Assembly: GCF_001194135.2 (NCBI RefSeq) | Contig: NC_068982.1 | Span: 126,259,596-126,323,595 of the forward strand | Length of the DNA stretch: 64,000 nt | Direction of reading: 5' to 3' | From: Octopus bimaculoides | Taxonomy: Eukaryota | Shown here: in pieces, positions 1 through 12,171 of the stretch | How the letters are laid out: each line of letters starts with the position of its first letter | Numbering within the stretch: position 1 is the first letter of the stretch | Translations under genes and position numbers: made by a program | Notes under the pieces: model-generated | The model's database searches: none | What the model was told of the DNA's origin: nothing | Seen by the model: only the letters and a program-made list of their open reading frames with translations

Positions 1-8
1 ATGAGATA

Positions 9-58
<50 letters not shown>

Positions 59-864
59 CATATATATACATACATACATACATATACATACATATATATA
101 TACATATACATACAGAGAGAGTGAAAGAGAATGACTGGTGAAGGAGCTGAGAAGGTGAAAATAAAAGAGCTCAAATATGTGCCTCTACAATTAAAAATTC
201 TTTACAATTTCTAGAATGACATGCTCAAAATATGTTATGATGAGCTATAAGCATCCCCAATGTCCCTTGACAGTTATATATAATGTTAATTAGAATGTCA
301 AAAATTTATTTGTAACAATAAATAAAATAATGCTTAGAATTATTGAGGAATTAAACTGAAGAGGAAAAGAAAAAAACATTATAAATAAATACATCTCAGA
401 CAATTCCAATATTTTCATAATAATAATAATAAAATAAAAAAACAACAAAGGCAAAAAATAAACAGTTTCAGAAAAGTGAGACCTTTAATAAGCAATCATA
501 TAGAATTAGTTAATATATGCAATACACATGCATGCTCACACACACCTTATATATATATATATATATACATACATATATACATATATATATATACATACAT
601 ATATATATACACATACATATATATATATATTTATACACATACATATATATATATTTATACACATACATATATATATATATTTATACACATACATATATAT
701 ATATTTATACACATACATATATATATATATTTATACACATACATATATATATATTTATATATATATATATANNNNNNNNNNNNNNNNNNNNNNNNNNNNN
801 NNNNNNNNNNNNNNNNNNNNNNNNNNNNNNNNNNNNNNNNNNNNNNNNNNNNNNNNNNNNNNNN

Positions 865-935
<71 letters not shown>

Positions 936-940
936 TACAC
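1..940. repeat. (TA)n/(TACA)n/(CA)n microsatellite blocks (1-118 and 545-940) with a 93-N gap at 772-864
   Basis: Read directly; source of the YIYIYI ORFs. Confidence 0.95.
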
Positions 941-1318
941 AAAGCGGCTTGGGTGGAATTATGGTTTGGAAAAGAAGCAATGAGTAAAATAGCTGAGTTT
1001 GTCAGATTTCTCATTAATAGGCTTCTGTAACAATAACTTGTTAGATTGCATTTATTTTTGTTTTTATAACTGGTGGAAGGATAACAGATCTTTTATTTAA
1101 AAAAAAAAAAAAAAATGATAACAATAATTGTTTCTTTTAGGTGTCATTAAGACTAAGGATTTTCGAGAAGTGAGGTAATAGTATGCTGTCATGGTCATGT
1201 CTCTCTTAAGGACATTAGCTATGTAAATTGAAATGGTTTCAATTAGGATTAGAGAAACTGGCTAGCAAACTTAGTTCACCAGAAGGTTATCATCTCTGTT
1301 CAGTATGATTTGCCATTT

Positions 1319-1555
1319 ATCATCATCATCATCATTTAATATCCATTTTCCTTGTTGTCATGGGTTGGCCGGTTTGACAGGAGCTGGCAAGTCAAAAGAC
1401 GGCACCAAGCTTGACTGTCGGCTTTGGCATGTTTCCAATGGCTGGATACCCTTCTTAATATCAACCATTTTACAGTGTATCGAGTGCTTTTTATGAGGCA
1501 CCAGCAGCGGTGAGGTAACCAAATAGCTTACAAGACAAGATCCCTCAACTGAGAG
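1319..1555 (-). mobile_element. 5'-truncated RTE LINE 3' end (family C) with (CAT)n tail
   Basis: Matches the 3' end of the RTE element at 62085-62805 (ggttggacggtttgac, ctggatgcccttcct motifs). Confidence 0.7.
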
Positions 1556-1813
1556 AGCAATTAGTATTGAAGGAGGTGGCTTTGATACATGGCTGCTTCA
1601 GTAGGAGAGAGAGAGAGCAGGGGGGGGGGATTTGGTGGTGGAAGAAACTCCACATGTTAGGAAAGAGCAAGGGGTATAGTTGATCAAATTGACCCGAGTA
1701 CATTACTGGTACTTATCCCAAAACAACAGTGGTTTGTCTCACTTTGACAAAGTTTGCCATGCTGCTTCTCTGTTGTAGTCATGAAAACTTACAGGCATGT
1801 ATAAACAGACTGC

Positions 1814-3360
1814 AATAATAATAATTTTGAATTCCATCACGAAACCAGCAATTTTGGGAGAAGGAAGTCGATTACATCAAATCCCAGTGTTCAACTGGTA
1901 CTTATTTAATCATCCCCAAAAGGATGAAAGGCTAGGGTGACCTTGGTGGAATTTGAACTCTGAACGTGCCTGGCATGCTAACAATTCTGCCAGCAAACTG
2001 CCTTAATAATAGTAATAATAACAAGAGCATTCAGAGAGTGCAAACCTCCACCAAGGCAACACCAATGTCTTCTCAACGATTAGCCAGAGATGAATTTTAA
2101 AATGAGAATATCTGAAATAAACTCGACTGCTCTCACAAACAAGAATACTAAAAATGAACCAGACTGCTCTCAAAAAAAAAACAGGAAAAATAATCCAGAA
2201 TCCTTGTCCAGTACCAGATCGATCCCAAAATCTAATCAGTTTGTGCCAGTCATGAAGCCAAACATCCCTGAAAGTTTCATCTAAATCCATCTGGTGGTTC
2301 TGGAGATATCTTGTCCATGGGCAAACAAACATGACTGAAAACAATCCTCTGCTTTCACTAAGGCGGAGGTAATAATCCTTTCTACCTTAGGCACAAGGCC
2401 TGAAATTTGGGGGAGGGGGATAGTTGATTACATCAACCCATGTTTCACTGGTACTTAATTTATCATCAACCCCGAAAGGATGAAAAGCAAAGTTGACCAT
2501 AACAGAATTTGAAAATAATAATGAGAAGAACCTAAACTTCCTTATGAAGCAAAAATACATTTTATCATGGGCATGAGATGTTTGGCTTGCCCCTCAATGT
2601 TTGCATCCTTGATTCCAGAAGGTGAAAAGCGAAATGCCACTAAGCATTTTGTCCAGCTTGATAATGATTCTTAAAAATAATTCTCTCTGCAATAGATGCA
2701 GGGCCTGAAATTTTCAGGAAGTGAGGTTAGTCAATTACACCAATCCCAATGATCAATTGGTACTTTATTTTATCAACTTTAAAAGAATAAAATGTAAAGT
2801 CAACCTTGGCAGAATTTGAACTCAGAACATAAAGCCTGAAGAGATGCTACTTAGGATCTTGCCTGGCATGCTAACAATTCACCCAACTTGTTGCTTTAAT
2901 AATAATAATAATAATAATAATAATTATTATTATTATTATTTCAAATTTTTGCCACAAGGGCAACTTGGGGGAGGTGGGGATGAGTTGATTACATCGACCC
3001 TGAAAAGCAAAGTTAACCTCAACGAATTTGAACTCGGGATGTAGTGATGGGTGAAATACTGCTAAGCATTTTGCCCAGTGTGCTAACGATTCTGCCAACT
3101 CGCAGCCTTTAATAACAATAATAAGAATCCTATCTACAGTAAGTACAAGGCCTTAAATTTGAGGGAGCGGGGATAGTCGATTACATCGACCCCAGTGCTC
3201 AACTGGTACTTATTTCCTCGACCCTGAAAGGATAAAAGGCAAAGTCGACCTCGGTGGAATTTGAACTCAAAACACAAGGACGAATGAAATGCGGCTAAGC
3301 ATTTTGTCTGGAATGCTAACAATTATGCTAGCTCGCCACCTTAATAATAATAATAATAAT
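1814..3360 (-). mobile_element. Chain of five family-D tRNA-derived SINEs (about 1825-2004, 2374-2670, 2675-2890, 2940-3110, 3125-3343) separated by (AAT)n
   Basis: Each copy has gattacatcgaccccagt...ctggtactta...ccgaaaggatgaaaggcaaagtcgacctcgg.ggaatttgaactc...ctgccagctcgccgcctt in the same orientation. Confidence 0.9.
2020..2373. mobile_element. Non-autonomous Helentron-associated (HINE/DINE-1-like) element
   Basis: Begins aacaagagcattcagagagtgcaaacctccaccaagg and ends aaaacaatcctctgc...aaggcggaggtaat. Subterminal inverted repeats acctcc.cc/ggcggaggt and a 3' hairpin. Class assignment is from recalled structure. Confidence 0.55.
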
Positions 3361-4009
3361 AAAGGACCACAACAACTGAACATGAAAAATAACCAAAAGA
3401 CTAGAGGAAAATAACAACAATTGAAAAATGAAGCAACTTAAGTAAACAGCAGGTGAAACATTGATTATAGAACTAATAACCCTCTAAGCAACCATATTTT
3501 AACAGCAACTTCCCAATAATGTATATCAACATACACTAAGAGTAATCATATTAGTCTTAGACATGATGTACACTATATATTCCCCAACATTTTAGGGACT
3601 TTGATATTTTATTTGAAACTAAATAAAAATAGATTCTAAAAACATAAGAAATAGAAAAGAAATAATAGATTAATATGGAACATAACTAAATTATTGGAAG
3701 GTAAGTGATGTCAATTAAAATGCTGGGATCTGCAAAGCAAAGTTCCAACAGCATTCATTTTGGATGGCAGTTAAGATAAAAGCTCCCGGAAGGAAGGAAA
3801 GCCCTTGTAAAAAAATGCTTTCAGCTCATGACAATCATTAATTGTTGATTTAAAAAACAGTGGAAGTGAAAATATCACAATTGACCAATTTTGAAGAGAG
3901 AGAACAACCATGTTGTGATAATACTGACTGACAGACAAAGCAATGTATACAATAGAAGTGTTTCTCAACTCTTTTTGTTACAGAGCTCACCATAAATGAA
4001 CCGAACATA

Positions 4010-4170
4010 GTCATGATTTAATGTCTCTTTTCCATGCTGACATGAGTTGGACAGTTTGACAGGATCTGGCAAGACAAAGGACTATGCCAAGCTCCGATGT
4101 CTGCTTTGGAATGTTTTCTGGCTGGATGCCCTTCCAAACATCTACCACATTATAGAGTGTACTGGGTGAT
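4010..4170 (-). mobile_element. RTE 3'-end fragment (family C)
   Basis: ccatgctgacatgagttggacagtttgac...ctggatgcccttcc motifs. Confidence 0.65.
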
Positions 4171-4217
4171 ACACACACACACAAAGCAAGCTTTAATTTA
4201 CTTGTTACTAATGCGCC

Positions 4218-4599
4218 GTGGAGGCGCAATGGCCCAGTGGTTAGGGCAGCAGACTTGCGGTCATAGGATCGTGGTTTCGATTCCCAGACCAGGCGTTGTG
4301 AGTGTTTATTGAGCGAAAACACCTAAAGCTCCACGAGGCTCCGGCAGGGGATGGTGGCGAACCCTGCTGTACTCTTTCACCACAACTTTCTCTCACTCTT
4401 ACTTCCTGTTTCTGTTGTGCCTGTAATTCAAAGGGTCAGCCTTGTCACACTGTGTCACGATGAATATCCCCGAGAACTACGTTAAGGGTACACGTGTCAG
4501 TGGAGTGCTCAGCCACTTGCACGTTAATTTCATGAGCAGGCTGTTCCGTTGATTGGATCAACTGGAACCCTCGATGTCGTTAGCGACGGAGTGCCAACA
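4218..4599 (+). mobile_element. Young tRNA-derived SINE (body X + tail 1) with 11-bp TSD ACTAATGCGCC
   Basis: A box tggcccagtgg and B box ggtttcgattccc. TSD at 4207-4217 and 4600-4610. CpGs retained. Confidence 0.92.
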
Positions 4600-4699
4600 A
4601 CTAATGCGCCATTAGTGGAGCATGTATCTCACCTTGAGAGACTGTTATACAGAGTATAAAATAAAATGGTATATATATATATATATGCATACATACATG

Positions 4700-7600
4700 G
4701 TAAAATGACTGGAGTTAGAGAGCCATTAAATGTTCTATACAAGGCTAATTACAAGGAAAAGGAAATCTTAGGACAACACTAGATGTATAGGAAAAAATCG
4801 TGTTCATGTAATTAAGACAGCCATCAAATGACACAAATGTAGAAGCAGGAACAAAAAATTCCCAGCAAAATCAAGCTCCAGATACAAACAAAACAAGTGA
4901 ATCATTAAATACACCGGATAATTTTTAAAATATTGACAACCATATTGAGATTGGCATAGAGACAACAGAAACAAGAGGAGGAACTAGAAAATTAGGGTGA
5001 ATATAACAAAGAGAAACCTGCAGGGACTACTTAGCCTCCAATACATTAACTCTCAAGGCTAAGGCTGACACACTTTCTAACACAGAATATCACAAACACT
5101 AAATGGATGATTTGAATTTTGGTTTGCCTTGCTGAGTAAAGTGATGTGAAACAGGAAAGAATGAAATTTGGCAAGGTAGAAGAGAAGGCTGGAAAATGTC
5201 ATAAAAATACTTTGGAAAAATCTTAATAGAAGTGAGTGATGGTATGAGTTTGGTAGGGGTTTAAAAGTATGCTGAATAATGTACATTATAAGAAGCAAAA
5301 TATAACACCAAATAGAAAAGGTTTTCCTACTCGCACTGGAAGAAATCAAGCTGTGACTGATAGCTGAAGTCAACAAGGTGATGAAATATTCTAAGAGAAT
5401 AATACAGTTCAAACAGAGCAGATTGTTCTCTTCACGCAGTTGATAACATTTAACTACAGCAGACTGGATTGTTTCAGTTAACTATTACCCTGTCTTATAG
5501 AAATCAGCCATCTTGGCCAAAAATGCACACATTTCTGTAATATATATTCTTAAAATCAATTCTTCAAGATATTGTTTCTCCAAATGAGCTCAGTACTCTG
5601 GTCAGAGCTATGGGAAACAACAATAATGCATGATGGATGAAGTCTGTCAAAAGACAAGTGAGTACACTCTAGCAAGAAGAGTAAAAGATATATCGAAATG
5701 GGAAGTTCATGGATCTAGTGGTATACAAAGGTATTAGATGAAATATTTCATCTTCAGATGGTTTTTGCAAACAAACATAGTGTGAATGGAAACTAAATGC
5801 CTTATAGAACTCTACAGAGAAGAACAACTCTGATAATGAAGAATGTATGTAAAGAACATATGACTGGCAATTAGCAACTCAAAACGTTTGAATTTCTTTA
5901 TGGAAAAATTTGTAGTTAAAACATTAGTCCATCCTTTAATTGGCACAATTGTGATGAGAAATATATGACTAACAAAGCTTATAAAAACTGGGATTGATTC
6001 TTTAGAAAGCATAATATATAATTCCATACTCCTGGATTACAGACAACCTCAAAATGCTTGGTATTATCATCAATTCAGTCATCAAGATGGTGTTTAACCC
6101 CAGGTCAACTCTGATTGAACAGACCAATGATCAAAAAGCATTCTCGATGTGACCACCTTGTTTATTCAGGCTACATTATCTAATATATCTTACAGTTGGT
6201 TTTTCTTTTGAAGACAGCAGTGTGTGATTCAAGAGACTTGGTTGCTATTTCTAGCAGCCAAATTGACTCAACATCATAAAGTATGTCATGGTGGAGGCAG
6301 ATAATGAGTACATTGGATCTGTCGAAGAGAGTCATAACATCACAGTGGAACTGCTTTTCTCCTCATTTGCCTTAATTCCATTATCAATGACTTTATATGA
6401 TAGTGGAATTGGATATAAACTTTGAAAGGATAGCTCTGAGCTCAGTCACCTTTTGTTCGTGAATAATCTTAAGATCTTTGATCAAGATGAAGAACAATCA
6501 AACTCTTATTGAAGCTACTGATGCCTGCACTGAAGATAACAATGTGCTAGGCTAACAATGAAAACATGTAAAATGGTCATGAAATATAAACACCCACGAA
6601 AACAAATAAGTGATGTTGAGAGGATAGCTCTTATATATATGGAGAGAGGGTAGGAGGTTAACACTATTTTCAAAACAAAGTTGAATGCTTGAAGACTTGG
6701 TCCATTCAATAACAGGACTGTGTGATATAATAAAATTATTATTATTTAGTCAAAAGTAGAATTGAATAGTTAGATAGTATAGATGGGGTTACTAGAGTTA
6801 TCATAGCAAAGTATGGCAACCTTCTTCATCCATGATTCATTTTGTAAGACTTCATTCCAATGAGAAGAAAATCTGGAGGGAGTTTAATAAATGTTAAAAA
6901 AAGAAATGTACAGTGAATAAAAGAAGAAACCTAGATTTATTATATATAAAAAATAAAGAAATGTTACACCTGTGTATGTGGCACCTGCTGTTGATCTAGA
7001 CAGAAATAACATGAGACATAATGTACAATATGAAGTACAATTAGAAACAAAAAAAGAAGGGTTTAGAGACAAAAGAAAACATGCCACATCATGGATACTT
7101 TCAAAGAGAAACAAAAGTTTTAAGAGAAAGGAATCCTGAAATTGATTTTGCAAAGGAGATTTGAAGAAGGAAATACAACTTTTTCGGAAGCAGCTCAAAA
7201 TCCAACACTCAATGCAAAACTCAGTGAAGAATGGTATTTACATCTAAGAGACTTTTGTGAAGGAATGCAGCGTAGTGGTTAGGGTATTGGACTCGCAATC
7301 ATAAGATTGTGGTTTTGATTCCCAGGCTGGGCGATGCATTGTGTTTTTAAGCAAAATACTTTTATTTCCTTTCGCTCTAGTCCACTCAACTTTGAGTGGG
7401 AAGTTAATCATGATGGACCAGTGTCCCATCCAGGAGGGACTGTTGTGATCTTAATCAATTATATGCCCTGGAAACCAGGTTCTCCACCTTTATGAGTCCT
7501 AGGGCCTATGACAAGACCTGAGAGACTTTTACCGAAGTCAGCATTGCACGTAAAGATGGAAATGTTAATCACATGTCAGAGGTTACAAAATACTTGAATG

Positions 7601-8090
7601 CTTGCAAGGAAGTATTAAAAAAGCTACTAAGACAGAGTGTATTCCAATCACCATTGGAATCTATGCTGACAAAATGGGTTTATGGAGGATACCATCGTGA
7701 AATCAAAGGGGCACTAGGATGCAGAATGAATGGCAAAAAAAAAAAAAAATTCTTGTGATGTTAACATATAAACAGACTGAGTCATACATGAAACACATAA
7801 AACCTGATTTGATTGTCAATAAAGAAGCAAATGAATGATTGTTTTATTATTGATGGTGCTATACTTGGAGACCATTATATTGCCAAGTATTCAAAAATGT
7901 GATAGAGGACGATGAGTGTGGTACAAATAATAGTTATTTATGGCTCTGAAACTAATTCTGAAAAAATAGCTTCCCGTCTACTTCAAACAACTATAAATAA
8001 TAACAAGCAACAAACAACGAGAGATAAACATCAGCATCACTTGGAAATGGTAATGTTCTTAGAGAAATATTTTGAATGATGCATGATGGG
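4700..8090 (+). mobile_element. Decayed R4/Dong-clade non-LTR retrotransposon (RT + restriction-like endonuclease)
   Basis: Ordered frame-broken motifs: LEEIKL*LIAEVNKVMKYSKRIIQF (5336), VNNLKIFDQDE (6459, a YMDDLKLF equivalent), MPHHGYFQRETK (7081), KGDLKKE, AAQNPTLN, KPDLIVNKE (7800) and IIDGAILGD (7846, PD..D RLE motif). Interrupted by later insertions. Confidence 0.7.
7257..7520 (+). mobile_element. tRNA SINE (body Y + tail 2-like) inserted into the Dong-like element, 10-bp TSD AGAGACTTTT
   Basis: TSD at 7247-7256 and 7521-7530. A/B boxes present. Confidence 0.85.
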
Positions 8091-8151
8091 AAGAGACATT
8101 TGAATTTTCAAGTTGTCAACACCAACACTGAACACAAATGTGAACCAATAT

Positions 8152-8340
8152 TAAGGTGATGAGCAGGAAGAATCATTATCACATCAGGTAAAACCCTTAT
8201 TGACATTTTGCCTGTCTTTATGTTCCGATTTAAAATTTTGCCAAAGTCAGCTTTGGCTTTCATCCTTTCAGGGTCAATGTAATTGACTTATCTCTCCTCT
8301 GAACATTTTGACCTTGTTCCAAAATTTGAAACCAATATCA
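8152..8340 (+). mobile_element. Family-D SINE
   Basis: aaggtgatgagcaggaagaatc...ctttcatcctttcagggtcaat...ccaaaatttgaaaccaat. Confidence 0.75.
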
Positions 8341-8499
8341 AGGATTTCTAACAAAAGCACAAGGTCACACAATTGGTTGAGGGAACAGCTGATATCAACT
8401 CCACTATAGGACTGGTTCTTTATCTTTATTGACCCTGCCAAACACTACAGGATAAAAGGATCTCAGAACAGAAAATTCAACTAAATAATAATAAATGAT

Positions 8500-10080
8500 A
8501 ATGACTTCTGATTTAGACACAAGGGCAGTAATTTTGAAAAAGGAGGAGGAGTTAGTCAATATCATCCACCCTATACTTGACTGGTACATTATCTTATCAA
8601 CTCATTAGAGCTGAAGATCAAAGTTGATCTTGGTGGGATCTGAACTGAATGTAAAGTGCTGAAACATATGCCACAAAGCATTGTTTCTGATGTTCCAATG
8701 TTTCTGTCAGCTTGTCGGTCATGAATACCCATGGGTGCACCTAAGAGGTTCCCCACTGGGTTACAAGTCTAGGTGGAAAGTCGCCTCACCGGCAAACACA
8801 CAACCAAGGGTTGTTTTTATGGAAGACCAGCAGTCACCCATGGTTACCAGCCTCCCTTCTCCATGCCACCGATGTCATCCCAGGGAAAAGCAAAGGCCAA
8901 TAAAGCTTGGCACCAGTGATGTTGCAACTCATTTCTACAGCTGAGTGAACTGGAGCAACGTGAAATAAAGTGTCTTGCTCAAGAACACAACATGCAGCCT
9001 GGTCTGGGAATCGAACTCACAACCTCACGATCGTTAGCTCAACACTCTAACCACTGAACCATGTGCCTTCACATGCTTAGTAGCTTAAATAATAATAATA
9101 AATGCTCTGATGCAGTACCAGGCAATAGCTCTCATGGCTTTTGATCTTAAATGATTGGAAGTGCTATCATGTACATGTTTTGTTTTGGAATTAAAAAATG
9201 GGCTACAACAAATATTCTGATTTGCTTGTCAGTCTTGACCTTAACGAGTTGAGCATGTTCCTTAGTGGTTGACAATATGTGCATCTCTGATCAAGCAGAA
9301 GTAATGGGAGAGCATCATAACCCATGTGTTGAAAAGAATTCTTTGGGATTTGAATAATTAACCTCTGAAAAGATGGGTATTTTGTTCATCATCCTTAAAG
9401 CTTATTCAAGGACTTTTTGAGTGGGATGGGCTACTCGACCTGAAGAAAATTCTAACTGGACCCCACCTGCAAAGCCATGCGCTTTTTTTATCTTGATATG
9501 TATCATCATGCGATGCACATATAGTTGATGCATGTGCCTGGTGTACCCTTATCAAATAGGTAGTCATGATGGGTATATTGGGCTTCATGTAACTTAATGG
9601 CATGTGCTACTCTCAAACAATTATAATAATAATAATAATGGTTTCAAATTTTGGTACTTATATTATCAACCCTAAAAGGATTTGAAAGGCAAAGCTGACC
9701 TCTGCAGAATTTGAACTCAGATCTTAAAGGTGGACAAAATGTCGCTAAGCATTTTGCCTGCCAAGTTAATGATTCTGCCAGCTTGTCACCTTGATAATAA
9801 TAATAATCCTTTCTGCTATAGCACCCATGGCCTGAAATTTTTGTGGGTGGAGACTAGTCAGTTACATCAACCCTGTCGCTCAGTTACTTCATTTTATCAA
9901 CCCCAAAAGGATGAAAGACAAAGTTGACCTCGGTGGAATTTGAATTCAGAACAGAAGGCCAAAAGAAATGCCATGAAGTATTCTGTTTGGTATGCTAACA
10001 ATTCGGCCAGCTCTATGCAGCATTAAGCACAAGGCCTGAAATGTTGAGGTAAGGGCATGTTGATCATATCAATCCCGATA
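8500..10080 (-). mobile_element. Second co-oriented retroposon chain: D SINE (8500-8717), body-Y/tail-3 SINE (8720-9071), 0.5-kb (ATT)n-tailed element (9100-9620), D SINEs (9640-9793, 9808-10015, 10025-10075)
   Basis: Family motifs as elsewhere, with (AAT)n spacers at about 9087-9100, 9623-9639 and 9796-9810. The 9100-9620 unit is single-copy here, so its identity is less certain. Confidence 0.75.
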
Positions 10081-11339
10081 GTTTTTTAATAAATTCATTT
10101 TAAATCTATGGAATTAAGAACATAAGGAAAAAAAAAAGTGTTGGAGGAGTAATTGAATGCAGAGAACAAGTAGTTTGGCAAAGTTCTAAGATTCAAAGAA
10201 TACAGAGATGTACAGCAGTTGGGAACTAAGACAAGGAATAACTATAGTTACTGGTTCCGCTATGTAATAATTATTTGGGAAAAACTGAAACAAAGGGTAA
10301 AAAAACAAAAACAATAAAAAATAAAACAAAAGCATTCAATGAGACAATGAAGAGTTTTGGCAGGTTCTCATAAACAAGGGTTGGAATGGGGGTGTTCCTT
10401 TTATTTTTCACATTCAATAAAATACTTAAAAGTATGTTTATGTTGATGCATGTGTGTGCATGTATGTGTACATGCACACACACACACGTATTTTGTTTAC
10501 ATGTTTAAAAAAAAAACAAACAAAAGTTTTTTCTCTTTAAAATCTATTTTTCTTGAATGTATTTGAAAAAATTAATTTCTTTGTTAAACGTTATATTATG
10601 TTTTTTTTCTCTCTTTTTATATAGAATATAGAAGCTAAAATGATTGTGTGGTGAGGAGGGGAATAGAGACTAATGAGGAATAAATAGGGAAATGGTGAAA
10701 GAAGGGACAGTATGTGAGAGCAGAGAGGGGAATATGAGAGAGAGAGAGGTATGAATAGGAGTAAAAGAAGGTAAGAAAGGCAAAAGTAAGTGTGAATAGA
10801 GAGCTGTCACACATGGATGCATGAATATACATACATGAGCATGCATGCATATACAAATGAGAATATATGCATGCACGCACACACACACGAAATGTGTTTG
10901 GGAAAAGGGTTGAACGGATTGTTTAGATGTATATGAGGAATTCCATTGATATGATGGGAACTGTGATTGGTCAAAGGATGAGGTGATTGTGAATGGCAAT
11001 GATATGGAGTCCAGGATTGTTTATCTTGGAGCTTATGGTGCTATAAACAAAACTGGTTTGGGAGATTGGAAAGGGAAGGACAGGACAAAGTGTGTGTGTG
11101 TATGTGTGTATGAAGTAGACTGGTGGATCAGCGAAGTAGAGGCGGAAACGAGGAGAGTATAAGAGTAGGGGACAAGAGAGAAGGAAGGACAGAGAAAGGG
11201 AGAGAGGGAGCAAGAGGAAGACTAAAAGTAGGGATAGGGAAATTGATAGAAAGAGAAGACAAGGAATGAGAATGATTGAGAGACAAAGGTAAAGTAAGAG
11301 GGATGTTAACTACAGCATCAGACGGGCTGATGGGATATT

Positions 11340-12171
11340 ACACAATCCATAAATTATGAAATGTAAACAATTTTGCAACTATGCCTCATTTTTATTTCTA
11401 TCCTCCTTTTTACACAAACTGTAATTGTCAGATCGCAAACCGATTCCTCTCATCACAACCCTTTCTCGATAGTGACTGGCATAATTTTTTACCTACTCTA
11501 AGAGAGAGAGAGAGAGAGAGAGAATAAGGAGGTGGGGGGGGGGGCATTAATGAGATTCTGATTGTGAAGCTATAAAATAAAAATAGAAATAAGACAGATG
11601 AATGTAGGAGCGTCGAGAACATGGGTGAGAATGTGTGCATGAGTATTATTGAGAGAAAGAATGAATGAAAAGAGGAGGAGCAATTTCCATCCACATTCAC
11701 AGCATTATGGAGTTTTATGATTTTGTTTACCACATGTGAGTACAGAACTATGGCGTTATATGTGTGTGTGTGACGTATTTGTTGTAAAATATTTCAATGA
11801 AAGTTAAATGGTCTTAACAGTAAATTCTAACTTCAGCAGTTTATTCGGAGTCTTTCAATCAGTCAGTTACTCATTTTAGTGATTATTATTTTTTTTTATT
11901 CACTCAGAGTAGATCTTTAACTATTGACTCAGTCTCAACAAACCCCATTCCCACATCTGATACCATATATTTTAATCAATATAATTATATTTTATTTGTC
12001 CTCAAAGAATAACAATTTTATTTTTGTTTAATATCTGTTTTTGTCTTTATATTTATTTTCATTTTTCTTCCAGCATTTTATTTTACACATCTTTACAATA
12101 AAACTTTGTCCTTTCAAAGAATCTTTAAACAGTCTCTTTTTAAGGCAACTATGGAACTTTCTATGCCTTTA
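11340..12171 (-). other. CSRNP: CSRNP 3' UTR (minimum extent; may extend to about 10130)
   Basis: Repeat-free AT-rich sequence after the stop. AATAAA on the minus strand near 11391-11397 (plus TTTATT). U-rich and ATTTA motifs present. Confidence 0.55.

Noticed and set aside
476-1030. YIYIYI/THTHTH ORFs here and at 50509, 51530-51915, 63636 and similar sites
   Set aside because: Translations of dinucleotide microsatellites and N gaps.
4218-4290. tRNA-like sequences with A and B boxes
   Set aside because: They are SINE heads continuing into repeat bodies with TSDs; no complete cloverleaf or acceptor stem.
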